Source: Ignavibacteriota bacterium (lineage in GTDB: Bacteria; Bacteroidota; Ignavibacteria; UBA10030; UBA6906). Taken from it: a stretch of DNA of 60,006 nt. The stretch is from the NCBI GenBank assembly GCA_003152875.1, contig PMBF01000076.1:118598-178603 (forward strand). Reading direction: 5' to 3'. A model generated the notes under the pieces. The model was not told the DNA's origin. It saw only the letters and a program-made list of their open reading frames with translations, and made no database searches. Below are positions 1 to 9,651 of this stretch, piece by piece; the stretch's first letter is position 1; each line of letters opens with the position of its first letter. A program made the position numbers and the translations under genes.

Positions 1-387
1 TCCATTGATTATGTGGTCATCGGGATCGGACTCAACGTCAACCAGAGGACCTTCCCCCTGGAGCTTGCAGGCAAGGCAACCTCTCTCGCCCTGCAGAGCG
101 GGCATGACTACGACCGGGAGGAACTCTTCCGCGAGATCATGCGCTCCCTTGAATCCCGATACCGGGCGATGCTCAAGAATGGGTTTGGGGGCATCATCCC
201 TCTCTGGGTCGAACGATCGAGGATCGTCGGCCGCCGGGTTTCCATCTCACAGAACGGAACGGTGCTCACAGGGACCGTCAAGGGGCTCAGCGTTCACGGG
301 GGACTGATCATGGAACATGACGGGGTGGAACAGGTGCTCCTGGCCGGAGACGTGAGCATCCTCGACACCGAACAGGTCGCCCACTAG
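1..387 (+). CDS. birA: biotin--[acetyl-CoA-carboxylase] ligase, C-terminal part (5' end outside window)
   Basis: The frame is open from base 1. The translation (GIGLNVNQ...GRRVSI...GTVKGLSVHGGLIMEHDG) looks like the BirA catalytic end plus the SH3-like C-domain. Stop TAG is at 385-387, and coaX follows immediately, a common birA-coaX arrangement. Confidence 0.8.
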   Translation, partial: SIDYVVIGIGLNVNQRTFPLELAGKATSLALQSGHDYDREELFREIMRSLESRYRAMLKNGFGGIIPLWVERSRIVGRRVSISQNGTVLTGTVKGLSVHGGLIMEHDGVEQVLLAGDVSILDTEQVAH

Positions 388-393
388 GGCCTC

Positions 394-1185
394 ATGCTCC
401 TCGCCATCGATATCGGCAACTCACACACCGTCATCGGTGTTTTCGACGAAACCCGGCTGACGGCCGAATGGCGCCTTTCGAGTGGCGCCCGAAGGACGGA
501 CGATGAGCTCTGGCAGACTCTGAAGGGTCTTTTCAACGAGGGGCCCGTCGAAATCAGGTCTCTGACGGCATCCGGAATAGCCTCGGTGGTGCCCGAACTG
601 ACGCAGGCCTTCGCAACGGTCGTCCGCTCAAAGCTCGGCGTCGAGCCGACCATCGTCTCAGGCACTCTGGACTTGGGGTTCCGCGTCCTCTACGCCGATC
701 CATCCGCCGTGGGGGCTGACAGGATCTGCAACGCTGTTGCCGGCTACCGGAAATACGGCGGCCCCCTCATCATCATCGACTTCGGAACTGCCACCACATT
801 TGACGTCGTAGCCGCTAACGGCGACTACCTGGGGGGGGCGATAAGCCTCGGCGTCGAATCCCTGGCTTCGGAGCTCCACCGGCGGGCCGCCAGGCTCCCC
901 AGGATCGAGCTCAAGTTCCCCCCCGCGGTCATCGGCACCGATACGGTTTCGAGCATGCAGGCAGGGGTGCTCTTCGGAGCTGCCGACGCAGTGGAGGGCA
1001 TGGTGCGGAGAATCCGGCAGGAACTGGGGGCGGACGCGCGCGTGATTGCCACCGGGGGACTCTCGTCCCTGATAGCGCCCCGCTGCCCGTCCATCGAACG
1101 GTGCGAGCCGGCACTGGTGCTCGAAGGGATTCGGCTGATCTGTGAGATGACCGGGGCAGGAGGGGGAGGCAGCGGAAAGGCTTAA
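394..1185 (+). CDS. coaX: type III pantothenate kinase
   Basis: 263 aa. The N-terminus MLLAIDIGNSHTVIGVF is the ASKHA phosphate-1 motif, and IIDFGTATTFD plus ATGGL are typical of CoaX. Confidence 0.9.
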   Translation: MLLAIDIGNSHTVIGVFDETRLTAEWRLSSGARRTDDELWQTLKGLFNEGPVEIRSLTASGIASVVPELTQAFATVVRSKLGVEPTIVSGTLDLGFRVLYADPSAVGADRICNAVAGYRKYGGPLIIIDFGTATTFDVVAANGDYLGGAISLGVESLASELHRRAARLPRIELKFPPAVIGTDTVSSMQAGVLFGAADAVEGMVRRIRQELGADARVIATGGLSSLIAPRCPSIERCEPALVLEGIRLICEMTGAGGGGSGKA

Positions 1186-1232
1186 GAAGAAACCGCGCCT
1201 GGCGGCACGGTCACCTGAGCTTCAAACCTGTA

Positions 1233-1267
1233 ACGGCGATCCTTCCCAGGGGATCGCCGTTTTTTTA
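1233..1267 (+). terminator. rho-independent terminator after coaX
   Basis: Perfect 10-bp stem ACGGCGATCC / GGATCGCCGT (1233-1242 / 1251-1260) with an 8-nt loop, followed by T7 (1261-1267). Confidence 0.7.
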
Positions 1268-1330
1268 TCCTCGCTTCTTTCGATGCAGCTCACCCCCTTC
1301 CCCCCCGCGGAAACCGCCGGGGGAGCTGCG

Positions 1331-2839
1331 TCAGGGGGTTCCGAAGATCTTTACGCTTGCCTGGGCCAGTTGTGCCAGCGGGGCAAAGTAGATGCCGAGG
1401 AGGAGCACCGGCGCCACCAGGAGAAGGACAAGCGCGCGCTGCGGCCTGGAGAACGTCAGTGGAGCGGTCAACTCCGATTTTTCCAGGTACATGTTCTTCA
1501 GCACCCGCGCGTAGTAGTAGAGCGCGATGACGCTGTTGAGCGCGCCCACCACCGCAAGCCACACCCAGCCCTGCGTGTTCAATACTGCCGCAAAGAGATA
1601 GAGCTTGCCGATGAAACCGGCGGTCGGCGGCAACCCGGTCAGCGAGATCAGAAAGATCGAGAGCGATACGGTGACGAACGGCGCGCGAGGCCCGATACCC
1701 CGGTAATCCTCGATGTCCTCGCTCCCCGTCCTGTTCGCGATCAGCATCACCACGTAGAACGCGCCGAGGTTCATGAACAGATAGATCACGAAGTACAGCA
1801 TAATGGCGGCAAGCCCTTCGTTGCTCATGACCACCACACCCATCAGCAGGTAGCCCGCGTGGGCGATGCTCGAGTAGGCCAGGAGGCGCTTCATATTGGT
1901 CTGCCAGATGGCGACGACGTTGCCGACGGTCATCGTCATCACGGCGAGGGCGGCAATGATGTAATGCCAGTCGAAACCCTGAAGGGTTGCCCATGCGCCT
2001 GCGGGGATCGCGACCGCTGCCGGGTCGATGAACGTCACCTTTAGGAAGCGGATCAGCATGGCAAAACCACCCGCCTTGGATGCCACCGAGAGGAACGCGG
2101 TGATGGTGATCGGGGCTCCTTCATACACGTCGGGCGTCCAGAAATGGAAGGGCACCGCGGAGATCTTGTAGCCGAACCCGGCACAGGCGAGGATGCCGGC
2201 AATCGCCAGGGCATACACGGCCGTCCCCCCGCCCGCCACCACGGACGGGAGGGTCTGATTGATGACGGCAAGGTCCAGCGAGCCAGTCAGCCCGTAGAGG
2301 ATCGAGATGCCGTACAGCATCAGGCCGGACGAAAACGCCCCGTAGATGACATACTTGAGCGAAGCCTCGCTCGAGTCGGCCGCCTCCCGGGTGTACCCTG
2401 CCAGGATGTACGAGCTGATGGAGGAAAGCTCCAGCGCAAGGTACATCATGAGTAAATTGTTCGCGCCCGCCATCAGCATCATGCCGAGCGTGAGACCCAT
2501 GAGCAGCGCAAAGTATTCGCCGAGCGGCCTCTCCCGGTTGTTCAGCTCCGACGAGCCGAGAGAAAACAGCACCACCAGGACCGCGCAGCCGGCGATCAGG
2601 AGCTTGAAGAACACGGCAAACGGGTCGACCGCCAGCATGCCGCTGAAGACCGTCGTGTGGACGCCCCACTGCCCGATTGCAAGGGCGCCGGAGGCGGCAA
2701 GGCCGAGGAGGGCGATCATGGCCGGGATGACCGCCGAACGTTTCGTCAGCAGGTCGACGATGATCACGAGCAGCATGGTTGCCGTCAGCGTCACCTCGGG
2801 GAGGAGCCGCGGAAGGTCGTTGAGGATCTGTTCTGCCAT
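1331..2839 (-). CDS. nuoN: NADH-quinone oxidoreductase subunit N
   Basis: 502-aa polytopic antiporter-like protein. It is the last gene of a colinear nuo operon and has the typical NuoN/ND2 pattern (FHFWTPDVYEGAP, LLAYSSIAHAGY). Confidence 0.9.
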   Translation of the reverse strand: MAEQILNDLPRLLPEVTLTATMLLVIIVDLLTKRSAVIPAMIALLGLAASGALAIGQWGVHTTVFSGMLAVDPFAVFFKLLIAGCAVLVVLFSLGSSELNNRERPLGEYFALLMGLTLGMMLMAGANNLLMMYLALELSSISSYILAGYTREAADSSEASLKYVIYGAFSSGLMLYGISILYGLTGSLDLAVINQTLPSVVAGGGTAVYALAIAGILACAGFGYKISAVPFHFWTPDVYEGAPITITAFLSVASKAGGFAMLIRFLKVTFIDPAAVAIPAGAWATLQGFDWHYIIAALAVMTMTVGNVVAIWQTNMKRLLAYSSIAHAGYLLMGVVVMSNEGLAAIMLYFVIYLFMNLGAFYVVMLIANRTGSEDIEDYRGIGPRAPFVTVSLSIFLISLTGLPPTAGFIGKLYLFAAVLNTQGWVWLAVVGALNSVIALYYYARVLKNMYLEKSELTAPLTFSRPQRALVLLLVAPVLLLGIYFAPLAQLAQASVKIFGTP

Positions 2840-2854
2840 GGGGTGGGCCGGGGC

Positions 2855-4510
2855 TTAGTTCATTCCCATCATCGTTCCGGCGCCGCCGTGCAGCACGATG
2901 CCGGAGAGCGCATTGAGCGAGGTATTCATCAGGTTGAGCATAGGGGCCGGATAGATCCCCAGGAAAATCACGATCGCCGCGAGCGATGCGAGCATCAGCG
3001 TCTCGCGGGCGTTCAGGTCCGTCAGCCCTTTCCACTTGTCGGGCAGGGTTCCCAGGAACACCCTCTGCAGCACCCAGAGCATGTAGCCGGCGGTCAGGAC
3101 GATCGTGACGGCGGAGATGATGGTCAGCGTCTGGAACGTCTGGAACGCGCCGAGCAGAGAAAGGAGCTCGCTGACGAACCCGCTCAGCCCGGGAAGGCCG
3201 AGCGCGGCAAAGAAGGCCACCGTCATCATTCCCGCATAGCGCGGCATCTGGTTCATCAGGCCGCCGAATTCGTTCAGCCCTCTCGTGTGGGCACGGTCGT
3301 ACAGGACCCCCACGATCAGGAAGAGCATCGCGGTGATGGTCCCGTGGTTGAACATCTGGAATACTGCTCCCATCATCCCCTGGGTGTTCATCGACGCCAT
3401 CCCGAGCACCACGATGCCCATATGGCTGATCGAAGAATAGGCAATGAGCTTCTTGAAATCGGTCTGCGCCATCGCCACCAGCGCACCGTACACCATGCTG
3501 ATCACGCCCAGAAGGGCGAGCTCCCACGCAAAGTGCCTCATGGCGTCGGGGAAGATCGGGAAGCTGATCCGCAGCATTCCGTAGGTCCCCATCTTCAGGA
3601 GCACCCCGGCGAGGATCACGCTGATCGGAGTCGGCGCCTCGACGTGGGCGTCGGGCAGCCATGTGTGGAACGGGAAGAGGGGAACCTTGATGGCGAAGCC
3701 GATGAACAGGGCGACGTACGCTGCATAGCGCCAGAACGTGTTGAAGCCGGCCAAGAGCGAGCCGGGGACGAAGTTGCCGGGATCCATCATCTGCAGGAGA
3801 TTGAATGTATGGATCTTCTCGAGGCCGGGGATCCCCAGCTTCGCGCCCTCGGCTATCGAGTAGAGCGTTCCCGCGGGATCGATGTAGACGTTTGTGCTGA
3901 AGTAGAGCGCCAGCATCGCCAGCAGCATCAAGACCGATCCCAGCAGCGTGTAGAGGAAGAATTTGATCGCCGCGTATTCGCGCCGCGAGCCTCCCCAGAT
4001 GCCGATCAGGAAGTACATCGGGAGCAGCATGACCTCCCAGAACATGTAGAAGAGGAAGAAGTCAAGCGCGACAAACACCCCCATCATCCCGGTGTCGAGC
4101 AGGAGAAGGAGCGCGAAGTAACCCTTGAGCGACTTCTCGATGGTCCACGACGAAATCACGGCCACACAGCTGATGAGGGCGGTCAGCAGCACCATCACCA
4201 CGCTGAGCCCGTCGATCCCGAGGAGGTACTCGATGTGGACACGCCCGAACCACGACACTCCCTGGACGTCGATCCACCGGGCCTTCTCCACAAACTGCAT
4301 CGTGCCCTGGCTGCTGATTCCCGCGAGCGATCGGTCAAAGTACCCGAACAGCACCGCCGCCAGCGCCACCTGGACAAGCGTGACCGCCAGGGCCGTCCAC
4401 CGGGTCAGGCCCGGCCGGCCCTTGGGGAGCATCAACACGACAACCATGCCGAGCACCGGCAGAAACGTCATCCAGGACAGTATCCCGATGCCGAACAATG
4501 ACGAGGCCAT
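2855..4510 (-). CDS. nuoM: NADH-quinone oxidoreductase subunit M
   Basis: 551 aa with NuoM/ND4 motifs (FPFHTWLPDAHVEAPT, LIAYSSISHMG). It lies between nuoL and nuoN. Confidence 0.92.
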   Translation of the reverse strand: MASSLFGIGILSWMTFLPVLGMVVVLMLPKGRPGLTRWTALAVTLVQVALAAVLFGYFDRSLAGISSQGTMQFVEKARWIDVQGVSWFGRVHIEYLLGIDGLSVVMVLLTALISCVAVISSWTIEKSLKGYFALLLLLDTGMMGVFVALDFFLFYMFWEVMLLPMYFLIGIWGGSRREYAAIKFFLYTLLGSVLMLLAMLALYFSTNVYIDPAGTLYSIAEGAKLGIPGLEKIHTFNLLQMMDPGNFVPGSLLAGFNTFWRYAAYVALFIGFAIKVPLFPFHTWLPDAHVEAPTPISVILAGVLLKMGTYGMLRISFPIFPDAMRHFAWELALLGVISMVYGALVAMAQTDFKKLIAYSSISHMGIVVLGMASMNTQGMMGAVFQMFNHGTITAMLFLIVGVLYDRAHTRGLNEFGGLMNQMPRYAGMMTVAFFAALGLPGLSGFVSELLSLLGAFQTFQTLTIISAVTIVLTAGYMLWVLQRVFLGTLPDKWKGLTDLNARETLMLASLAAIVIFLGIYPAPMLNLMNTSLNALSGIVLHGGAGTMMGMN

Positions 4511-4684
4511 GAGTCTATCTTCCTCCAGTTACGTGTCAGAATTCACTGCCCCCCGCCGTGAGAGGGCCGCCCGAACCCCTCTGCAGCGAGGGGCTGTTGC
4601 ATTGCAACGCGGCGCTCCTACCACGCAGGGCGCTCCGGAGCCCGCTGCGGGTCACTATCATCGCACCCAGCCTCCACTCCCGCG

Positions 4685-6751
4685 TCAGCCCAGCCGGAAG
4701 ATGAAGTAGAAAATCATGACGCTGAAGAGGGCAAGCACCACATACGTCTGCACCCTTCCGGTCTGCGTCTTGCGGAAGAGGAGGCCGAACGCCCCGGAAA
4801 CCCATGCGGTCAAGTTCACCAATCCATCGATCACGTAGTGATCGAACCTGCCGCTCACGAACGAGACGCCCCGTGTCACCAGGCCTGCGCCATTGACGAT
4901 GCCGTCCACGACGGTGTTGTCGAACCACCGCAGCACCACGGTGGCCCCGAGCAGACCCCGCACGAGGACGCCGTTGTAGAGCTCGTCGAAATACCACTTG
5001 TTGAGCAGAAACGTGTGCACCGGCCTTAGCGCGGCCTCTATGGCGTCCGCGTTGATCTTCTTCCAGGAGTAGGTCATGAATGCCGCGAGGATTCCCATTC
5101 CTGCCACCGTCAATGAAAGCGCCATGGCGGTCCAGTGGAAATGGCGGACTCCCTCCTCGAACTCCTGCGCGCCGGGACCCGCCAGGACCGACGGGACGAC
5201 AGTTGCGGGGCGCTCAACGGCCCGCGCGATCCAGCTGCCGGAAGCGTCGACCGGATTGAGACTGAACACGAAGCACAGCGAGAGAGCGGCCAGGATGACG
5301 AGCGGGATGGTCATGACAGCGGGCGATTCGTGCACATGTTCCATCCGGCCGGCGTCAGCAGGCTCGCCCAGGAACGTAAGGATGACAACCCGGAACATGT
5401 AAAAAGCCGTAAGGCCGGCCACCAGGAATCCGATCACCGGAATCAGGGCATGGCCGGTCAAACCGGCGAAAGCAAGCGTCCCCGCGAGGATTTCATCCTT
5501 GCTCAGGAAGCCGGAGGTGAGCGGCACCCCCGAAATGGCAAGCGTGAACACCACGAATGTCCAGAAAGTGACCGGCATCCTGGCCTTCAGCCCCCCCATC
5601 GAGCGGATATCCTGTGCATCGGTGTGATGGTCGTTCTGGCGGTGCAGAGCATGGTGCATCGCATGGATGACCGAGCCGGACCCGAGAAAGAGTCCGGCCT
5701 TGAACATCGCATGCGTCGTCAGATGGAAGAAACCTCCCGTGTATCCGCCCACGCCCATCGACATGATCATGTAGCCGAGCTGGCTGATCGTCGAGTAGGC
5801 GAGCACTTTCTTGATGTCGTTCTGGACGATGGCAATGGTGGCCGCAATGAAGGCGGTGATGGCTCCAATGTACGCGATCACCATCAGGGCATCCCCCGTC
5901 ATGAGCGGGAATGTCCGGGCAACCAGGTAAACGCCTGCCGCGACCATGGTGGCCGCGTGGATGAGGGCGCTCACCGGGGTCGGGCCTTCCATTGCATCGG
6001 GCAGCCAGACGTGGAGGGGAAACTGAGCCGATTTGCCGATGGCACCGCAGAAGATCAGGACGCCAGCGGCGGTCAGCCACCCCTGGCCGTCACCGGGGAG
6101 CCTCTGGATCCCTTCGAAGAGCTCCCTCAGGTTGAACGTGTGAAACGTCGCATAGAGCGTGAGCATCCCGATCAGGAAACCGAAATCCCCCACGCGGTTG
6201 GTGATGAACGCCTTGATCGCCGCGTTGGACGCGCTCTTCTTTTCATACCAGTGGCCGATCAGCAGGTAGGAGCAGATGCCCACGAGCTCCCATCCCACAT
6301 AGAGCAGGAAGAGGTTGTCAGCCAGCACGATCTCCAGCATGGAAAAGGAGAAGAGCCCGAGGTACGCGAAGTAGCGCGAGTAGCGCACGTCCCCCCTCAT
6401 ATACCCGATGGAGAACAGGTGGACCAGCATGCTGACCAGCGTCACCACGCACAGCATGATCGCGGCGAGGTTGTCGACCTGGACGCCGAGCACCAGCTTC
6501 AGGGGGCCGACCAGCGGGACATCGTGGAAATTGATCCAGGAGAAGCTGAGACCCAGCGTCTCGTCATGATACTGTGTCAGCTTCTGCACCAGGACAGTCA
6601 CCGCGAGAGCGAAGGAGACCGTGATGAGTCCTGTTCCGAGCCAGTCCCCCTGCCGGGGAAGCCTCCGGCCGAAGAAGATCAGGAGCACGAAGCCAGCCAG
6701 CGGCAGCAGCAGGATGGCGAGCGAGAGGGTGATCAGTGTTTCGTGTGCCAT
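4685..6751 (-). CDS. nuoL: NADH-quinone oxidoreductase subunit L
   Basis: 688 aa with NuoL/ND5 motifs (GWELVGICSYLLIGHW, FPLHVWLPDAMEGPTPVSALIHAATMV) and a long C-terminal lateral-helix region. Confidence 0.92.
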   Translation of the reverse strand: MAHETLITLSLAILLLPLAGFVLLIFFGRRLPRQGDWLGTGLITVSFALAVTVLVQKLTQYHDETLGLSFSWINFHDVPLVGPLKLVLGVQVDNLAAIMLCVVTLVSMLVHLFSIGYMRGDVRYSRYFAYLGLFSFSMLEIVLADNLFLLYVGWELVGICSYLLIGHWYEKKSASNAAIKAFITNRVGDFGFLIGMLTLYATFHTFNLRELFEGIQRLPGDGQGWLTAAGVLIFCGAIGKSAQFPLHVWLPDAMEGPTPVSALIHAATMVAAGVYLVARTFPLMTGDALMVIAYIGAITAFIAATIAIVQNDIKKVLAYSTISQLGYMIMSMGVGGYTGGFFHLTTHAMFKAGLFLGSGSVIHAMHHALHRQNDHHTDAQDIRSMGGLKARMPVTFWTFVVFTLAISGVPLTSGFLSKDEILAGTLAFAGLTGHALIPVIGFLVAGLTAFYMFRVVILTFLGEPADAGRMEHVHESPAVMTIPLVILAALSLCFVFSLNPVDASGSWIARAVERPATVVPSVLAGPGAQEFEEGVRHFHWTAMALSLTVAGMGILAAFMTYSWKKINADAIEAALRPVHTFLLNKWYFDELYNGVLVRGLLGATVVLRWFDNTVVDGIVNGAGLVTRGVSFVSGRFDHYVIDGLVNLTAWVSGAFGLLFRKTQTGRVQTYVVLALFSVMIFYFIFRLG

Positions 6752-6760
6752 TCCTTGGCC

Positions 6761-7114
6761 TTATTCCTTCAGGGAACTGATCTCGTCGACGTTGACGGTC
6801 TGGAAGCGGTGGAAAATGTTCAGCACGATGGCCAGCGCGATGGCAGCCTCGGCAGCGGCCAGGATGATCACGAAGATCGCGGCGGCCTGTCCGTCGAGCG
6901 AAAGCATCTTGTAGTGCGAGAAAGCAACCAGGTTGAGATTGGCTGCGTTCAGGACGAGCTCAACACCCATGAGCAGGAGGATCGCATTCCTCCTCGTGAT
7001 GATCGCATACAGGCCGAACGCGAACAGCAGGGCGCTTACGATGAGGAAGTGGGCCAGCTGCACGTGGGGAAGCCACGACGCGAATTCGCCCCAGACGTGT
7101 TCCAGTGCACCCAT
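6761..7114 (-). CDS. nuoK: NADH-quinone oxidoreductase subunit K
   Basis: 117-aa protein with three TM helices and the motif RRNAILLLMGVELVLNAANLNLVAFS. Its ATG lies 2 nt after the nuoJ stop. Confidence 0.9.
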   Translation of the reverse strand: MGALEHVWGEFASWLPHVQLAHFLIVSALLFAFGLYAIITRRNAILLLMGVELVLNAANLNLVAFSHYKMLSLDGQAAAIFVIILAAAEAAIALAIVLNIFHRFQTVNVDEISSLKE

Positions 7115-7116
7115 GA

Positions 7117-7620
7117 TCAGGCCTTTCTCTTGCGGCGGGCTATGAAGGCCGCGCCAAGGAGGGTGACAAGGAGGATGACGGAGGCCACCTCAAACGGGAG
7201 CAGGTAGGTCGTCATCAGCAGCGTTCCGAGCAAAGGAGTGGTGGTGACCGCGGCCGACGAGGCAGCGGGGACGGATTTCCATGTGGAGTAGAAGATCCCC
7301 GCCAGGGAGCCAGCCACCAGCGCAACGAGGATCAGGGCCGGCGCTGTCTGGACGGAGCTTCCTTTGATGTCAACGCTGACCACCCTGCTGGTCAGCATCA
7401 GACCAAAGAGCATGAGCACCAGGATCCCGCCCACATAGATCAGGACCTGCGTCACGGCCAGGAAATCCGCCTGGAGCATCACATACAGCGCCGCCACGCC
7501 GAAGAGCGTGAATAGGAGGGAAAAAGCGGCATAAATGACATTACGGGAGAACACGACAATGCCGGCCGACACGATCGTCACCAGCGCGAACAGGTAGAAG
7601 ACGACATCAAACAGTTGCAT
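7117..7620 (-). CDS. nuoJ: NADH-quinone oxidoreductase subunit J
   Basis: 167-aa membrane protein in the J position of the operon, with NuoJ-like TM spacing (VMLQADFLAVTQVLIYVGGILVL). Confidence 0.85.
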   Translation of the reverse strand: MQLFDVVFYLFALVTIVSAGIVVFSRNVIYAAFSLLFTLFGVAALYVMLQADFLAVTQVLIYVGGILVLMLFGLMLTSRVVSVDIKGSSVQTAPALILVALVAGSLAGIFYSTWKSVPAASSAAVTTTPLLGTLLMTTYLLPFEVASVILLVTLLGAAFIARRKRKA

Positions 7621-7625
7621 GGCGT

Positions 7626-8279
7626 TCAGGGCTTGGTTTCTGGAACCTTCGGGGACCCATCGCCGGGGAGCGGTTCCGGTTTGGGCGCGGGAGCTCCCGG
7701 CGGCTTTGCGCCGGCCGAAACGGCGGCCGCGGCCGGCTTCGGTGCCGCTGGCTTTGCGGCGGCTGAGGCGGCCTTCTTCGCGGCCTGTTCCTTTTCGTAG
7801 GCGGTCAGTTTTGTCTTCGCCTGGTCGATCTGTTCCGGACTCATGGTCGCAAAGCTGTAGATGAGGTTTTGACGCTCATACTCCGAGAACTCGTAGACGT
7901 CGGTCATGACGATGCAATCTGTCGGACAGGGAGGCACGCACAATCCGCAGTAGCAGCACTTCGCGATGTCGATGTCGAACCGGGGGACGTAGAGCCGCTT
8001 CTTGGTCCCGACCGACGTCAGCCCCAGATCCACGTCCGGAGTGGATTTGATGGTTTCGATCGTGATGCAGTCAACCGGGCATGCCATCGAGCACTGGTCG
8101 CAGCCGATGCAGTCGTCCATGTTGACGTACAGCCGGTTGCGCGCCCGGTCCGGCAGCGTGAGCTTCACATCCGGGTACTGGATGGTGACCGCCGGAACGA
8201 AAAGGTGTTTCCATGTCACCTTCATCCCGATCAGCACGGTCATAACCCCGTCCCAGACGTTCCGAAAGTAGCTGCCCAT
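7626..8279 (-). CDS. nuoI: NADH-quinone oxidoreductase subunit I, with an Ala/Pro/Lys-rich C-terminal tail
   Basis: Two 4Fe-4S ferredoxin motifs (CIGCDQCSMACP, CCYCGLCVPPCP). I chose the start at M29 of the ORF (MGSYFRNVW, 8279), because the longer ORF start at 8363 would overlap nuoH by 47 nt. Confidence 0.9.
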   Translation of the reverse strand: MGSYFRNVWDGVMTVLIGMKVTWKHLFVPAVTIQYPDVKLTLPDRARNRLYVNMDDCIGCDQCSMACPVDCITIETIKSTPDVDLGLTSVGTKKRLYVPRFDIDIAKCCYCGLCVPPCPTDCIVMTDVYEFSEYERQNLIYSFATMSPEQIDQAKTKLTAYEKEQAAKKAASAAAKPAAPKPAAAAVSAGAKPPGAPAPKPEPLPGDGSPKVPETKP

Positions 8280-8316
8280 ACTCTCAATAATCCTTTCCGA
8301 TGCCCACGGTCCCGCC

Positions 8317-9342
8317 CTACCGCACTGCCAGAGTCCAGATGCCCACACCGAACACGATGACAAACCCGAACGGGATCAGCACCTTCCATCCGACGTACAT
8401 GAGCTGATCGACGCGCAGCCGGGGAAGCGTCCAGCGGAGCCACATCTGCACAAAAATAAACGCCATCCCCTTCGCGAGGAACCAGAAGAAACCCAGCACT
8501 GGACCCGACAGGAAGCTGCCGAACGGGCTGTTCCACCCCCCCAGAAACACCGTCGAAGCAACGGCCGACACGGCAAACATGTTCGCATATTCGGAGAGGA
8601 AGAGCAGCGCGAAACGCATCCCGCCGTACTCCGTATGGTATCCTCCCACGAGTTCCGATTCCGCCTCGGGGATATCGAAAGGCGTCCGGTTGACCTCGGC
8701 AAGCGAGGCCACGAAATACACGATCATGGCAAGGAACAGGAAGGGGAACTTCTGGAACATGAACCAGTTCCAGAACCACCCGCTCTGCATCCTGTTGATC
8801 TCCTGCAGGTCGAAGGTGCCCGCAACCATGACCACGGCGAGAAGGCCGAGCGCAATGGGGATCTCGTAGGACACGATTTGCGCCGCCGACCGCATGGCCC
8901 CGAACAACGACCATTTGTTGTTGGATGCCCAGCCCGCCATCAGCAGCCCCACGACGACGATCGAGGAGATGGCGATGACGTAGAAAAGGCCGATGTTGAT
9001 CTCGCTCCCGATATACGCCGCGCTGAACGGGATGGCGGCGTAGGCGGCATACGATCCGGCGAAGACGATATATGGCGCAAGCTTGAAGAGCCGGCGGTCC
9101 GCAGCCGAAGGGATGATATCCTCTTTCTGAATCAGCTTCAGGATGTCCGCAATCGTCTGCGCCCAGCCGTGCCAGCCACCGGTCCGCATCGGCCCGAGCC
9201 GGTCCTGCATATGCGCCGAAATCTTCCGCTCCCACCAGACGGCAAACAGGGCGAACGGGATGACGAAGATCAACGGCACAAGCGCAAGAAGCGTGTACAC
9301 GATGACCGGATTCTCGAAGATGCCGAGCAGAAGCTCTTTCAT
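8317..9342 (-). CDS. nuoH: NADH-quinone oxidoreductase subunit H
   Basis: NuoH/ND1 pattern ([49 protein letters not shown]). I chose the start at the ATG at 9340-9342 (MKELLLGIF), since the upstream in-frame extension does not look like NuoH. Confidence 0.9.
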   Translation of the reverse strand: MKELLLGIFENPVIVYTLLALVPLIFVIPFALFAVWWERKISAHMQDRLGPMRTGGWHGWAQTIADILKLIQKEDIIPSAADRRLFKLAPYIVFAGSYAAYAAIPFSAAYIGSEINIGLFYVIAISSIVVVGLLMAGWASNNKWSLFGAMRSAAQIVSYEIPIALGLLAVVMVAGTFDLQEINRMQSGWFWNWFMFQKFPFLFLAMIVYFVASLAEVNRTPFDIPEAESELVGGYHTEYGGMRFALLFLSEYANMFAVSAVASTVFLGGWNSPFGSFLSGPVLGFFWFLAKGMAFIFVQMWLRWTLPRLRVDQLMYVGWKVLIPFGFVIVFGVGIWTLAVR

Positions 9343-9508
9343 TGCAGTCTGCGTGATGGTGTACTCTGTGATCGGACTGGAATGTCCTGCCTCCAGTTCC
9401 CTCCGCAACGCGCCACCCGGACTCCCCTGCGGGTCCTCGCTGCGGCCGTCCCAGTCAACGTACCGCTCGTGATCGCCAAAGAGAACTCCGGACGATTTCC
9501 CTTTGTCC

Positions 9509-9651
9509 GGCTTACGGAGCACCTCCCCCAGCACACTATCGATGCTCCTCCGTAGTCAGACAGATCGGTCAGATCCCGCTTCGCGGGATCTGACTTCAAG
9601 GCCTTCCAGGCTTACCGGTCCACCTCCCCCAGCACAATATCGATGCTCCCC
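9509..9651. repeat. imperfect direct repeat of the nuoD 3' terminus (copy A 9509-9551, copy B 9609-9651)
   Basis: Aligned by hand, the two ~43-nt copies differ by 5 substitutions and one 1-nt indel. Copy B contains the real nuoD stop and the last 12 codons. Copy A is a non-coding relic 100 nt downstream. Confidence 0.6.
9558..9584 (-). other. perfect GC-rich hairpin between the two repeat copies
   Basis: GTCAGATCCCGC-TTC-GCGGGATCTGAC forms a 12-bp inverted repeat (realistically an 11-bp stem with a 5-nt loop). It lies 28 nt downstream of the nuoD stop, and no T-tract follows on either strand. Confidence 0.5.

Noticed and set aside
9343-9534. An N-terminal extension of nuoH from the GTG at 9534. 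Similar upstream extensions appear in the ORF track for nuoI (8363), nuoD (11105), E1-beta (30053), atpD (43116) and smpB (35892).
   Set aside because: The extensions do not resemble the respective families. They often overlap the upstream gene. Internal ATGs that give canonical N-termini have better spacing or RBS. The nuoH extension is partly the translated relic of the nuoD 3' duplication.
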